From the NCBI GenBank assembly GCA_014379925.1, contig JACMKY010000100.1, positions 1-58,282 of the forward strand: DNA of 58,282 nt. Reading direction: 5' to 3'. The DNA is from Cytophagales bacterium (GTDB lineage Bacteria; Bacteroidota; Bacteroidia; Cytophagales; ES-bin-26). The notes below the pieces were generated by a model. That model was not told the origin of the DNA, did no database searches, and saw only the letters and a list, made by a program, of their open reading frames with translations. Every line of letters starts with the position of its first letter. The first letter of the stretch is position 1. Positions 10,132 through 17,617 of this stretch are shown here, in pieces. The translations under genes were made by a program, and so were the position numbers.

Positions 10132-11613
10132 TTACTTGGCGATGCCTTTCACCAGAATGATCTGGCTGGCCTGGTTTTCGGCCAAACGCTTGGAACCACC
10201 GTCTACCCCTTTGTAGCGGTCTCCCCGCCAGGAGTGGGGTTGGATGCAGATGGAGAAGGTGTTCGGAATGCCGATGAGGTCGGAGACGTCCACCATGGCC
10301 CCGTATTCCCAACTGCCAAACCGGGAGGTAGCAGCGGTGGCACTGCCGTACTTACCGGCATCCGGGGCCTGGCGGCGGTGATCCAACTCCAACACCACTT
10401 TCAGTTCCTTCGTGTTCAGGTTGTACTGGTACACGTACGAGTCGTGCGTTTCGTCCCCGTACACGTTGGAATCTTCCTGGATGTAGGCAAAGTTGTTGGT
10501 CACGCAAATGTTGTCGGGGTTCTGGAACGTACCCGCTTCGCTGCCCCGCTCGTCGCCGTCCAGCACCACCGATAAGCTGCCTTTGGTGGGATCGTTGTCG
10601 TCGAGAACCAGCTTGTACGTCCGGCCGTATTTGGTGCGGGAATAGTCCGCGTTGAAGCCCGTGTTGGCCTGACCGGTTACGTTGAAGTAGATTTCCCGGC
10701 CGTTGGCACCCCCGCCTTTGCGGTAGTCCAGGTCTTCGACGCGGCCAAACTTGAGGGCCTTCAGTTCGTCTATCTTGGGGGCCACGTTCAGGCCGGTTTC
10801 GGCCTGGTCGATTTCCACGAATTCCACCGGGTAGCTTTCTCCGAGTTTGGTGTCCCTTTCCCGCTGGTTGTCGTCGGTGCGCTTGAGCACGTACAACTTG
10901 CCGTTGTTGAGGTCGCCGGTGGTGCTTACGTACAGGGCTACCTGTCCGCCATCCACTTCAGAATCGTCGTCCCCGATGACGATCACCGTTTTTCCGGCGT
11001 ACGCCTCCTGGGGCAACGGAAGCGCATTCTCCGCACTCCACATCCCCAGGGCGGGCTTGGCCCGGTCAATGCCGGCCGAAGCGGGCGAAGCAAACGGCTC
11101 CAGGGCGTGCGTCATGGATTCCTTGCCGCTTTCTCCGCAGGTGAGGTAGAGCGGTCCGAACCCGTGTTCTTTGGGGGTGGCCAGGGTAGCCGAACAAAGC
11201 CGCCACACGCCCCCGTCGGAGTTCAGAATGTATTCGCCCTTGACGGGCTTGAACGTCTCGTCGAAGGTGATCCGGGATACGGCGAAGTTGTCTTCGTGGT
11301 TGACCAAGAGGGTAAACCCTTTGCCATCCTGGGATTTCAGGTAACCGGCCCCGTCAACCGAGCCCCCGAAAACGTAGGCGGGGGATTGGGGAAGCACGTC
11401 GTCGCTGCCAATCAGGGAGAATACTTCCAGGTTTTCAAAACCGGGCAGGGTTTTTACCAACGCCGGGGTGACGGAGTGGTTCTTCAATTGAACCTTGGCT
11501 GGCTCGTCGGGCTTGGTAGGAAGAAAATCCTCCAGGTAGGTGCAACTGGTCGCGGACAGCGTACCGGCCAACAAGGCCAACGCCATTCCTCTTTTGGACG
11601 TAGGTGTGAGCAT
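10132..11613 (-). CDS. Secreted lipoprotein, PhoX/DUF839-like beta-propeller family (tentative)
   Basis: The ORF is open to 11688, but the Met at 11613 gives a lipobox MLTPTSKRGMALALLAGTLSATSC. LVNHEDN, LYLTCGESG, FQNPDNICV and AYIQEDS resemble PhoX-type motifs (recalled). Confidence 0.55.
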   Translation of the reverse strand: MLTPTSKRGMALALLAGTLSATSCTYLEDFLPTKPDEPAKVQLKNHSVTPALVKTLPGFENLEVFSLIGSDDVLPQSPAYVFGGSVDGAGYLKSQDGKGFTLLVNHEDNFAVSRITFDETFKPVKGEYILNSDGGVWRLCSATLATPKEHGFGPLYLTCGESGKESMTHALEPFASPASAGIDRAKPALGMWSAENALPLPQEAYAGKTVIVIGDDDSEVDGGQVALYVSTTGDLNNGKLYVLKRTDDNQRERDTKLGESYPVEFVEIDQAETGLNVAPKIDELKALKFGRVEDLDYRKGGGANGREIYFNVTGQANTGFNADYSRTKYGRTYKLVLDDNDPTKGSLSVVLDGDERGSEAGTFQNPDNICVTNNFAYIQEDSNVYGDETHDSYVYQYNLNTKELKVVLELDHRRQAPDAGKYGSATAATSRFGSWEYGAMVDVSDLIGIPNTFSICIQPHSWRGDRYKGVDGGSKRLAENQASQIILVKGIAK

Positions 11614-11687
11614 AAGAAGGGTAAATTTGGTTTTTAGGTTAACTACTCGGAGTTGATTCGCAAAATGGATGTGGAACTGAACAGTCA

Positions 11688-11715
11688 CAAAACTACGGGA
11701 CGTATGTTAACCCAA
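11688..11715 (-). promoter_or_regulatory. Candidate Bacteroidota-type promoter of the PhoX-like gene
   Basis: The minus strand reads TAGTTTTG (11695->11688), matching TAnnTTTG, with a TTG 17 nt upstream. It lies in a visibly AT-rich 370-nt spacer. Motif match only. Confidence 0.25.
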
Positions 11716-11981
11716 ACGAAAGCTAATTTTAACAATCCGACAACTGCCTAATTGATAATGGTTATAAATTCGGTACGTAATGCTTTGTTTGACAAACCAA
11801 TAAACTACCCATCAATGGAAATCAGCATTCAACTGTGTTAATAGTTCTTAACAAAAGGATAACATTGGTTTAACCGGCCGGGGAAGAGACGGGCAAGCGG
11901 GCTTCGGAGAAACCGGTTTAACCGGGCGTACTTTTTGACGATCAAAAAGTTGGGGTCGCTCCGTGGTTGGCTTTGCGCCGG

Positions 11982-12374
11982 TCAGGGGTTGGTTTTGGGC
12001 GGGGCCTGGAGTTTTTCGAAGGCTTGGCGGCGGAGCGTTTCGGGAACCTTGGCCTCAATCACCTTCCGGTAAAACCGCTCCAGGAGCCGGTCCGGAAATG
12101 CGTCGGGGAGAGTCGTCGGACGGTGGTCGGGGTGGGGTTGCCAGTGCCGGTTATCCATCGCCTGCTTGGTCAGTTCCCAACGAATGTCTTCCTCGCCCGG
12201 GAGTTGCTCGCTGTCCATAACTTTGAGCAGCAGGGCATCGGTGGCGGCGGCAAGCACCTTGTCGTAATACGCCGTCAGGTCCCGCTGCCGCCGTTGTTCC
12301 CGGTGGCCCAGGTATCCCTGGTGAGCGAGGACCGCCAGTGCCAATACTCCGATGATGAATTCAACGATGTGCAT
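11982..12374 (-). CDS. Hypothetical small membrane-anchored protein
   Basis: The Met at 12374 gives MHIVEFIIGVLALAVLA (one TM helix) followed by a charged soluble tail. This composition is more protein-like than the antisense ORF 11967-12416. It follows the dnaK terminator. I see no recognisable family. Confidence 0.45.
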   Translation of the reverse strand: MHIVEFIIGVLALAVLAHQGYLGHREQRRQRDLTAYYDKVLAAATDALLLKVMDSEQLPGEEDIRWELTKQAMDNRHWQPHPDHRPTTLPDAFPDRLLERFYRKVIEAKVPETLRRQAFEKLQAPPKTNP

Positions 12375-12433
12375 GGCGTTCCGCTCAGGAATGGTGGCTT
12401 GCTTATCCGACCGTAAAGATATCTTCTCCAAAA

Positions 12434-12462
12434 CAAAAAGCCCGGCAACGCCGGGCTTTTTG
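12434..12462 (-). terminator. Rho-independent terminator of dnaK
   Basis: 7-bp GC stem GCCCGGC / GCCGGGC (12440-12446 / 12450-12456) with a 3-nt loop. On the minus strand it is followed by TTTTTGTTTT. It lies 23 nt past the dnaK stop. Confidence 0.9.
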
Positions 12463-12484
12463 TCTTCAGGAACAAACGGGAGGG

Positions 12485-14404
12485 TTACTTGGATTTGCCT
12501 TCCACTTCCTCGTAATCCACGTCGGTCACGTTGTCACCACCGGCGGCCGGACCCTCCGGCTGCGGTTGATTCGGCGCGCCGTTGGTGGCGCCGTCCCCGC
12601 TGGTACTGTACATTTCCTGCGAGGCGTTCTGCCAGGCGGTATTGAGGGCTTCCAGCGCCGAATCCACGCCGGCTACGTCCTTGGCGGCGTGCGTTTTGCG
12701 AAGCTCGGCCAGGGCGTTCTCGATGGCGGTCTTGTTGCCGGCGGAGAGTTTTTCACCGTACTCCTTCAACTGCTTTTCCGTCTGGAAAATCATCGAGTCG
12801 GCGGCGTTGAGTTTTTCCACTTTCTCCTTTTCGGTGCGGTCGGTGGCCTCGTTGGCTTTGGCCTCGGTGCGCATCCGCTCGATTTCGGCGTCGGTCAGGC
12901 CGCTGGACGCCTCGATGCGGATCTTCTGCTCCTTGCCGGTTCCCTTGTCGCGGGCCGATACGTTGAGGATACCGTTGGCGTCAATGTCGAAGGTTACTTC
13001 CACCTGCGGTACGCCGCGCGGGGCCGGTGGAATGCCGTCGAGGTGGAACCGGCCGATGGTGCGGTTGTCCTTGGCCATGGGGCGTTCGCCCTGCAACACG
13101 TGGATTTCCACGGAAGGCTGGTTGTCGGACGCCGTGGAGAACACCTCCGATTTCTTGGTGGGGATGGTGGTGTTGGCTTCGATGAGTTTGGTGAACACGC
13201 TCCCCATCGTTTCGATGCCCAGCGAAAGCGGCGTCACGTCGAGCAGCAGCACGTCTTTCACCTCACCCGTCAGCACCCCACCCTGAATGGCGGCTCCGAT
13301 GGCTACCACCTCGTCGGGGTTTACCCCCTTGGAAGGCTTTTTGCCGAAGAACTTCTCCACCTCATCCTGGATGCGGGGAATGCGGGTGGAACCACCCACC
13401 AGGATCACCTCGTCGATGTCGGCGTTCGACATCCCGGCGTTCTTCATCGCGCGGCGGCAGGGGTCCAGCGTCCGGCGGATCAGGTCGTCGCACAGTTGCT
13501 CGAACCTGGCGCGGGTCAGCTTTCGCACCAGGTGCTTGGGAATGCCGTTGACCGGCATGATGTAAGGCAGGTTGATTTCCGTTTCCGAGGAACTGGACAA
13601 TTCTATTTTCGCTTTTTCGGCCGACTCCTTGAGGCGTTGCAGCGCCATCGGGTCCTTGCGGAGGTCAATGTTTTCGTCGCTGATGAATTCCTGGGCCAGC
13701 CAGTCAATGATCTTCTGGTCGAAGTCGTCGCCGCCCAGGTGCGTGTCGCCGTCGGTGGATTTCACTTCGAACACGCCGTCGCCCAGTTCGAGGATGGAAA
13801 CGTCAAAAGTACCGCCGCCCAAGTCGAAGACGGCGATCTTCATGTCCCGGTTTTTCTTGTCCACGCCGTAGGCCAGGGCCGCGGCCGTCGGCTCGTTGAT
13901 GATCCGCTTCACGTCCAGACCGGCGATCTGACCGGCTTCCTTGGTGGCCTGCCGTTGGGCGTCGTTGAAGTAAGCCGGCACGGTGATGACCGCTTCGGTC
14001 ACGGTGGTACCCAGGTAATCCTCGGCGGTGGACTTCATCTTCTGCAGCACCATCGCCGAGATTTCCTGCGGGGTGTAGTAGCGGTCGCCGATCTTGACGC
14101 GCGGGGTATCGTTGTTGCCTTTTTCGACCGTGTAGGCGACGTTTTTCAGTTCTTCGGTCACTTCGGAATGCTTCCGACCCATGAACCGCTTGATGGATTG
14201 AATGGTATTCCGGGGATTGGTGACGGCTTGACGCTTGGCCGGATCGCCCACTTTTCGTTCGCCATTGCCACCCTCCAAGAACGCCACGATGGAAGGGGTG
14301 GTCCTTTTTCCCTCGCTGTTGGGAATCACCACCGCTTCGTTGCCTTCCATAACGGCCACGCAGGAGTTGGTGGTTCCCAAGTCAATTCCGATTATTTTTC
14401 CCAT
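12485..14404 (-). CDS. dnaK: Molecular chaperone DnaK (Hsp70)
   Basis: 639 aa. Matches [28 protein letters not shown] and [14 protein letters not shown], with a C-terminal acidic tail DVDYEEVE. This is unmistakable Hsp70. Confidence 0.99.
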   Translation of the reverse strand: MGKIIGIDLGTTNSCVAVMEGNEAVVIPNSEGKRTTPSIVAFLEGGNGERKVGDPAKRQAVTNPRNTIQSIKRFMGRKHSEVTEELKNVAYTVEKGNNDTPRVKIGDRYYTPQEISAMVLQKMKSTAEDYLGTTVTEAVITVPAYFNDAQRQATKEAGQIAGLDVKRIINEPTAAALAYGVDKKNRDMKIAVFDLGGGTFDVSILELGDGVFEVKSTDGDTHLGGDDFDQKIIDWLAQEFISDENIDLRKDPMALQRLKESAEKAKIELSSSSETEINLPYIMPVNGIPKHLVRKLTRARFEQLCDDLIRRTLDPCRRAMKNAGMSNADIDEVILVGGSTRIPRIQDEVEKFFGKKPSKGVNPDEVVAIGAAIQGGVLTGEVKDVLLLDVTPLSLGIETMGSVFTKLIEANTTIPTKKSEVFSTASDNQPSVEIHVLQGERPMAKDNRTIGRFHLDGIPPAPRGVPQVEVTFDIDANGILNVSARDKGTGKEQKIRIEASSGLTDAEIERMRTEAKANEATDRTEKEKVEKLNAADSMIFQTEKQLKEYGEKLSAGNKTAIENALAELRKTHAAKDVAGVDSALEALNTAWQNASQEMYSTSGDGATNGAPNQPQPEGPAAGGDNVTDVDYEEVEGKSK

Positions 14405-14581
14405 GATTCGGTTAAGTTAATAATACTGAATGGATGTACTCAAGTGAACTGGAATCCGCGCTGAATGCGCACCCGCGGCGAGGGTTTCCATTGGCGGCGT
14501 TTCTTCCGCCCCCGGACTCGTCCGCCTTCGGGTCTGGATTCAACAAGGCGTGTGCCAAGCAACCCCGCCGTTTTCGTTAAG

Positions 14582-14594
14582 TGACATATTGTCA
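14582..14594. promoter_or_regulatory. Perfect palindrome TGACA-TAT-TGTCA, candidate operator
   Basis: Read directly. It lies 178-190 nt upstream of the dnaK start, inside a 660-nt non-coding spacer. No known regulator can be assigned. Confidence 0.3.
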
Positions 14595-15065
14595 GGCAAC
14601 GTTCCGGTCGTTGCACCCGGCCCGGGTAAAAAGCGCATTGGTGCGTAGTACGGCGACCTTGTCGAAAGGATTCAAAAAAATACATTTACGGGAAAAGAAC
14701 CTAAACGCCGCCGGAGCCGCCGGTTTTCGCCGTCCGGAATCCGCGTCCGGGGGTGGATTGCGCGGGGAAGCCTCCGGATTGAATCCGAACGGATTACGGG
14801 CCGGGTTCCGTCGGTCCGCCGTCGGGAGGTGGGGATTGCCTGACCAGAAAAAGCCCGGGCGGGTGGAAAGGGAAGACCAAAGTTGCCATTCGATTCCCAA
14901 TCATTACATTTCCTTTGCTGGTTGCCGCCCGCCGGAAGTAGGAAATTGAGGGAGCGTCCGTAAATTTCGAGTCTAATGGTCCGCCGGTCTACCCGCGGGG
15001 CGCATCCGAAATATCTTTCTTCCGGATTTCTACCGCGTAACCGGGCTTCTTAACTGAGAAAATTT

Positions 15066-15899
15066 ATGGTAATGCAGCAGGAAATAGAGATAGTTGACCT
15101 GAGGAGATTGACCGAAGTAATAAAAAATAAGTACAATTATGACTTTTCCAACTACGCTATGTCCTCCTTTAAGCGGAGGGTCCAGAGAATCATCGAACTT
15201 TACAAGTTCGCTTCCGTCGATGCCCTGATCCGGAAGTTGTCGGAGGAGCCCCCGTTTTTCCGGGAATTTCTCTCTGAGGTAACCGTCAACGTAACGGAAA
15301 TGTTTCGGGACCCGTCCTTCTGGCGGGAAATCCGCGACCACATCCTGCCCAACATCCTGCTCAACCACTCCTCCGTCAGCATCTGGCACGCGGGCTGTTC
15401 GTCGGGGGAGGAAGTCTTTTCGATGGCGATCCTGCTGAAGGAAATGGGCATCCTGGACAAGGCCAAGATCGTGGCCACCGACATTGACGTGGACGTGCTC
15501 CAGAAGGCGCGCTCCGGGACGTATCCCCTCAAGAACATGGACATCAACCAGAAGAATTACGTGCGCTTTCAGGGGAACCAGAGCCTGGACCGCTATTACC
15601 GCGAAGAGAACGGCAAAGCCATCCTGGACAAATCACTGGTGGAGGGCATTTCGTTCCGGGAACACAACCTGGTTTCGAGCGCCGTATTTTCCAAGTTCGA
15701 CCTGATTCTATGCCGCAACGTGATGATCTACTTCAACCAGAACCTGCAGAACACGGTGCTGAAGATGTTTCACGAAAGTCTTTTCAAGTACGGATACCTG
15801 ATTGTGGGTTCCAAGGAGTCGCTCATCTGGTGCGAAATCGCCAACAAGTTTATCGTCGTCAACAATGAAGAGAAAATCTACAAGAAAATCAAGGATTGA
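15066..15899 (+). CDS. cheR: CheR-type protein-glutamate O-methyltransferase
   Basis: 277 aa. It has a CheR N-terminal helical region (FSNYAMSSFKRRVQR), the SAM-binding IWHAGCSSGEEVFSMAILL, and DLILCRNVMIYF. Confidence 0.9.
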   Translation: MVMQQEIEIVDLRRLTEVIKNKYNYDFSNYAMSSFKRRVQRIIELYKFASVDALIRKLSEEPPFFREFLSEVTVNVTEMFRDPSFWREIRDHILPNILLNHSSVSIWHAGCSSGEEVFSMAILLKEMGILDKAKIVATDIDVDVLQKARSGTYPLKNMDINQKNYVRFQGNQSLDRYYREENGKAILDKSLVEGISFREHNLVSSAVFSKFDLILCRNVMIYFNQNLQNTVLKMFHESLFKYGYLIVGSKESLIWCEIANKFIVVNNEEKIYKKIKD

Positions 15900-15905
15900 A
15901 AATAG

Positions 15906-15993
15906 CGGTTGGTTGATGGTTGCGCTCGTTGGTTTTACCACGCAAACGATTGTCCGGCTGACGGAATGACCAACGACCAACCACGAACAACGG
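15906..15993. repeat. Imperfect inverted repeat built from GGTTG / CAACC units in the cheR-cheB spacer
   Basis: The left arm is CGGTTGGTTGATGGTTGCGCTCGTTGGTT (15906-15934). The right arm is GACCAACGACCAACCACGAACAACGG (15968-15993). The reverse complement of the right arm matches the left at about 20 of 26 positions. Confidence 0.7.
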
Positions 15994-15996
15994 AGA

Positions 15997-16593
15997 ATGG
16001 GGCGGTTTAACGTGAGCAACCAGTACAAAGCCATCGTAATCGGGGGTTCGGCCGGCAGTTTCCAGGGTATCAGCCGGATCCTGTCGGCGTTGCCCACCGA
16101 TTTCGAACTGCCGATCATTTTGTGCCTGCACCGGCTCAAACACGTTCGGAACGGTTTCGTGGAAGCGTTGAACATCAAGAGCGCCGTGTTGCTGGAGGAG
16201 CCGGAGGACAAGGAAAACATCAAGAAGGGAAAAATATACCTGGCTCCTTCCAATTACCACTTGTGCGTGGAACTGGGCAACACCTTCGCGCTTTCGACCG
16301 AGGAAATGGTCAACAACTCCCGTCCGTCCATCGACATCACGCTGGAAACCGCCGCCTATACTTACCGCAACCGCCTGATCGGAATCCTGCTGTCGGGCGC
16401 CAACAAAGACGGAGCCTGGGGAATGAAGAAAATCAAGGACCGCGGTGGACTGACCATTGTGCAGGAACCGTCGGAATGCATGATCGATACCATGCCCGCC
16501 GCCGCCCTGAGCCTGACGCCGGTGGACTACGTGCTGACCATCGGCGACATCATCGAATTTTTGAAAGAACTCGACCGGAAGTATAAACAATGA
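15997..16593 (+). CDS. cheB: CheB-type protein-glutamate methylesterase, catalytic domain only (no receiver domain)
   Basis: 198 aa. AIVIGGSAGS, ILCLHR and SRPSIDITL are consistent with the Ser-His-Asp triad. The length leaves no room for a REC domain. Confidence 0.88.
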   Translation: MGRFNVSNQYKAIVIGGSAGSFQGISRILSALPTDFELPIILCLHRLKHVRNGFVEALNIKSAVLLEEPEDKENIKKGKIYLAPSNYHLCVELGNTFALSTEEMVNNSRPSIDITLETAAYTYRNRLIGILLSGANKDGAWGMKKIKDRGGLTIVQEPSECMIDTMPAAALSLTPVDYVLTIGDIIEFLKELDRKYKQ

Positions 16594-17450
16594 TCACGGA
16601 TACTATGAAGCTCACTTACCGGAATGCAGGCATTTTCAGCGTTATTTTATTCGGGATCAGCAGCCTGTTCATCGGCTATCTGGTTTACCGGCTGCCCGCT
16701 GACGTAAGTACCCGGCTGAGGGATTTGGACCAGGCCCAACGACAGGGCTTATCCCAGGTAACGGGCCGCCTGGGCCTGGTGGTGGGTATTGGCCTGGCCA
16801 GCGGCCTGGCCGCCATCCTTTCCTTGGTGCTCGGCGCCAGGAGACGGGAGCTATCCGTGGCCTTGCCCGTGTCATTCGCCCCGGAAGCCCTGCCGTCCGT
16901 CACCGTGGGGGTTGCGCCGCAAAACGTCACCGAGCGCCTCGAACCGGTGGAACAGGCCTGGCGAAAGGGAGACGCCGCCACCCGGCTCGAGCGCGTGCTG
17001 CGGACGTTGTGCAACCAACTCGAAGCCTGCCAGGGTGCGTTGTTCCTGACCACCGAATCGGAAGGAAGGTGGTTCATCGATTTTCGCGCCGGCTACGCGT
17101 ACGGCCTACCCGAAAGCGGGCGGCTGCGCTTTGAATTCGGCGAGGGACTGGCCGGACAAGTCGCCAAGGAAGGACAGGGCGTGCACCTTTCCTCGGTACC
17201 TGATCACTACATCGTCGTCTTGTCGGGCTTGGGCAAGGCGTCTCCCAACCACCTCATCATCGCGCCCATCCCCGGTTCCGGGGAATTGGCCCCGGTGGCG
17301 GGCGTGTTGGAAATCGCGTCCTTCCGGGCGTTCACTGCCGCCGACGAGGAACTCATCCGACGGGTGGCGGCCCTGGTTGCCACCGAACAGGCGGGCATCC
17401 GGGAGGCAGCCGACCAGACCGAGGTCGTTGACGCCGGGCCGGTGCACTGA
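16590..17450 (+). CDS. Two-TM membrane protein with a C-terminal GAF domain
   Basis: 286 aa. The TM helices are IFSVILFGISSLFIGYLVY and LGLVVGIGLASGLAAILSLVLG. GAF-like motifs are GEGLAGQVAKEGQGVHL and VAGVLEIASF. The ATG overlaps the cheB TGA (ATGA). Confidence 0.8.
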   Translation: MITDTMKLTYRNAGIFSVILFGISSLFIGYLVYRLPADVSTRLRDLDQAQRQGLSQVTGRLGLVVGIGLASGLAAILSLVLGARRRELSVALPVSFAPEALPSVTVGVAPQNVTERLEPVEQAWRKGDAATRLERVLRTLCNQLEACQGALFLTTESEGRWFIDFRAGYAYGLPESGRLRFEFGEGLAGQVAKEGQGVHLSSVPDHYIVVLSGLGKASPNHLIIAPIPGSGELAPVAGVLEIASFRAFTAADEELIRRVAALVATEQAGIREAADQTEVVDAGPVH

Positions 17451-17617
17451 CGGGCAGATTGGCGGGTAAGAATGTTTGACAGTCAACCCTTTAAAATACG
17501 ATACCGGGCAAGTCAAATTTGCCTGACCAACGATTCATTTCTGAAAACGGATGCACCCATTCACTCACCGGCCCGTCGGCGCATCCATTTATCGGCCCAC
17601 CAACCCATCGCCGTATT

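Noticed and set aside
12566-14464. 632-aa plus-strand ORF antisense to dnaK. Analogous ORFs lie at 18632-20380, 23000-24955, 33351-35288, 38204-39796, 45087-46952 and 51570-52850.
   Set aside because: Each lies entirely opposite a gene with unambiguous family motifs (DnaK, PP2C sensor, ABC transporter, cNMP protein, TPR, HhH barrel). Their composition is typical of GC-rich antisense frames.
14405-15065. The long spacer might encode RNase P RNA, tmRNA, SRP RNA or 6S RNA.
   Set aside because: I could not find the conserved signatures: GAGGAAAGUCC for RNase P, the GGGGCUGA 5' end and tag ORF for tmRNA, or the SRP domain IV GGAA/AGCA motif. 6S cannot be judged by eye. The region is left as unassigned non-coding.
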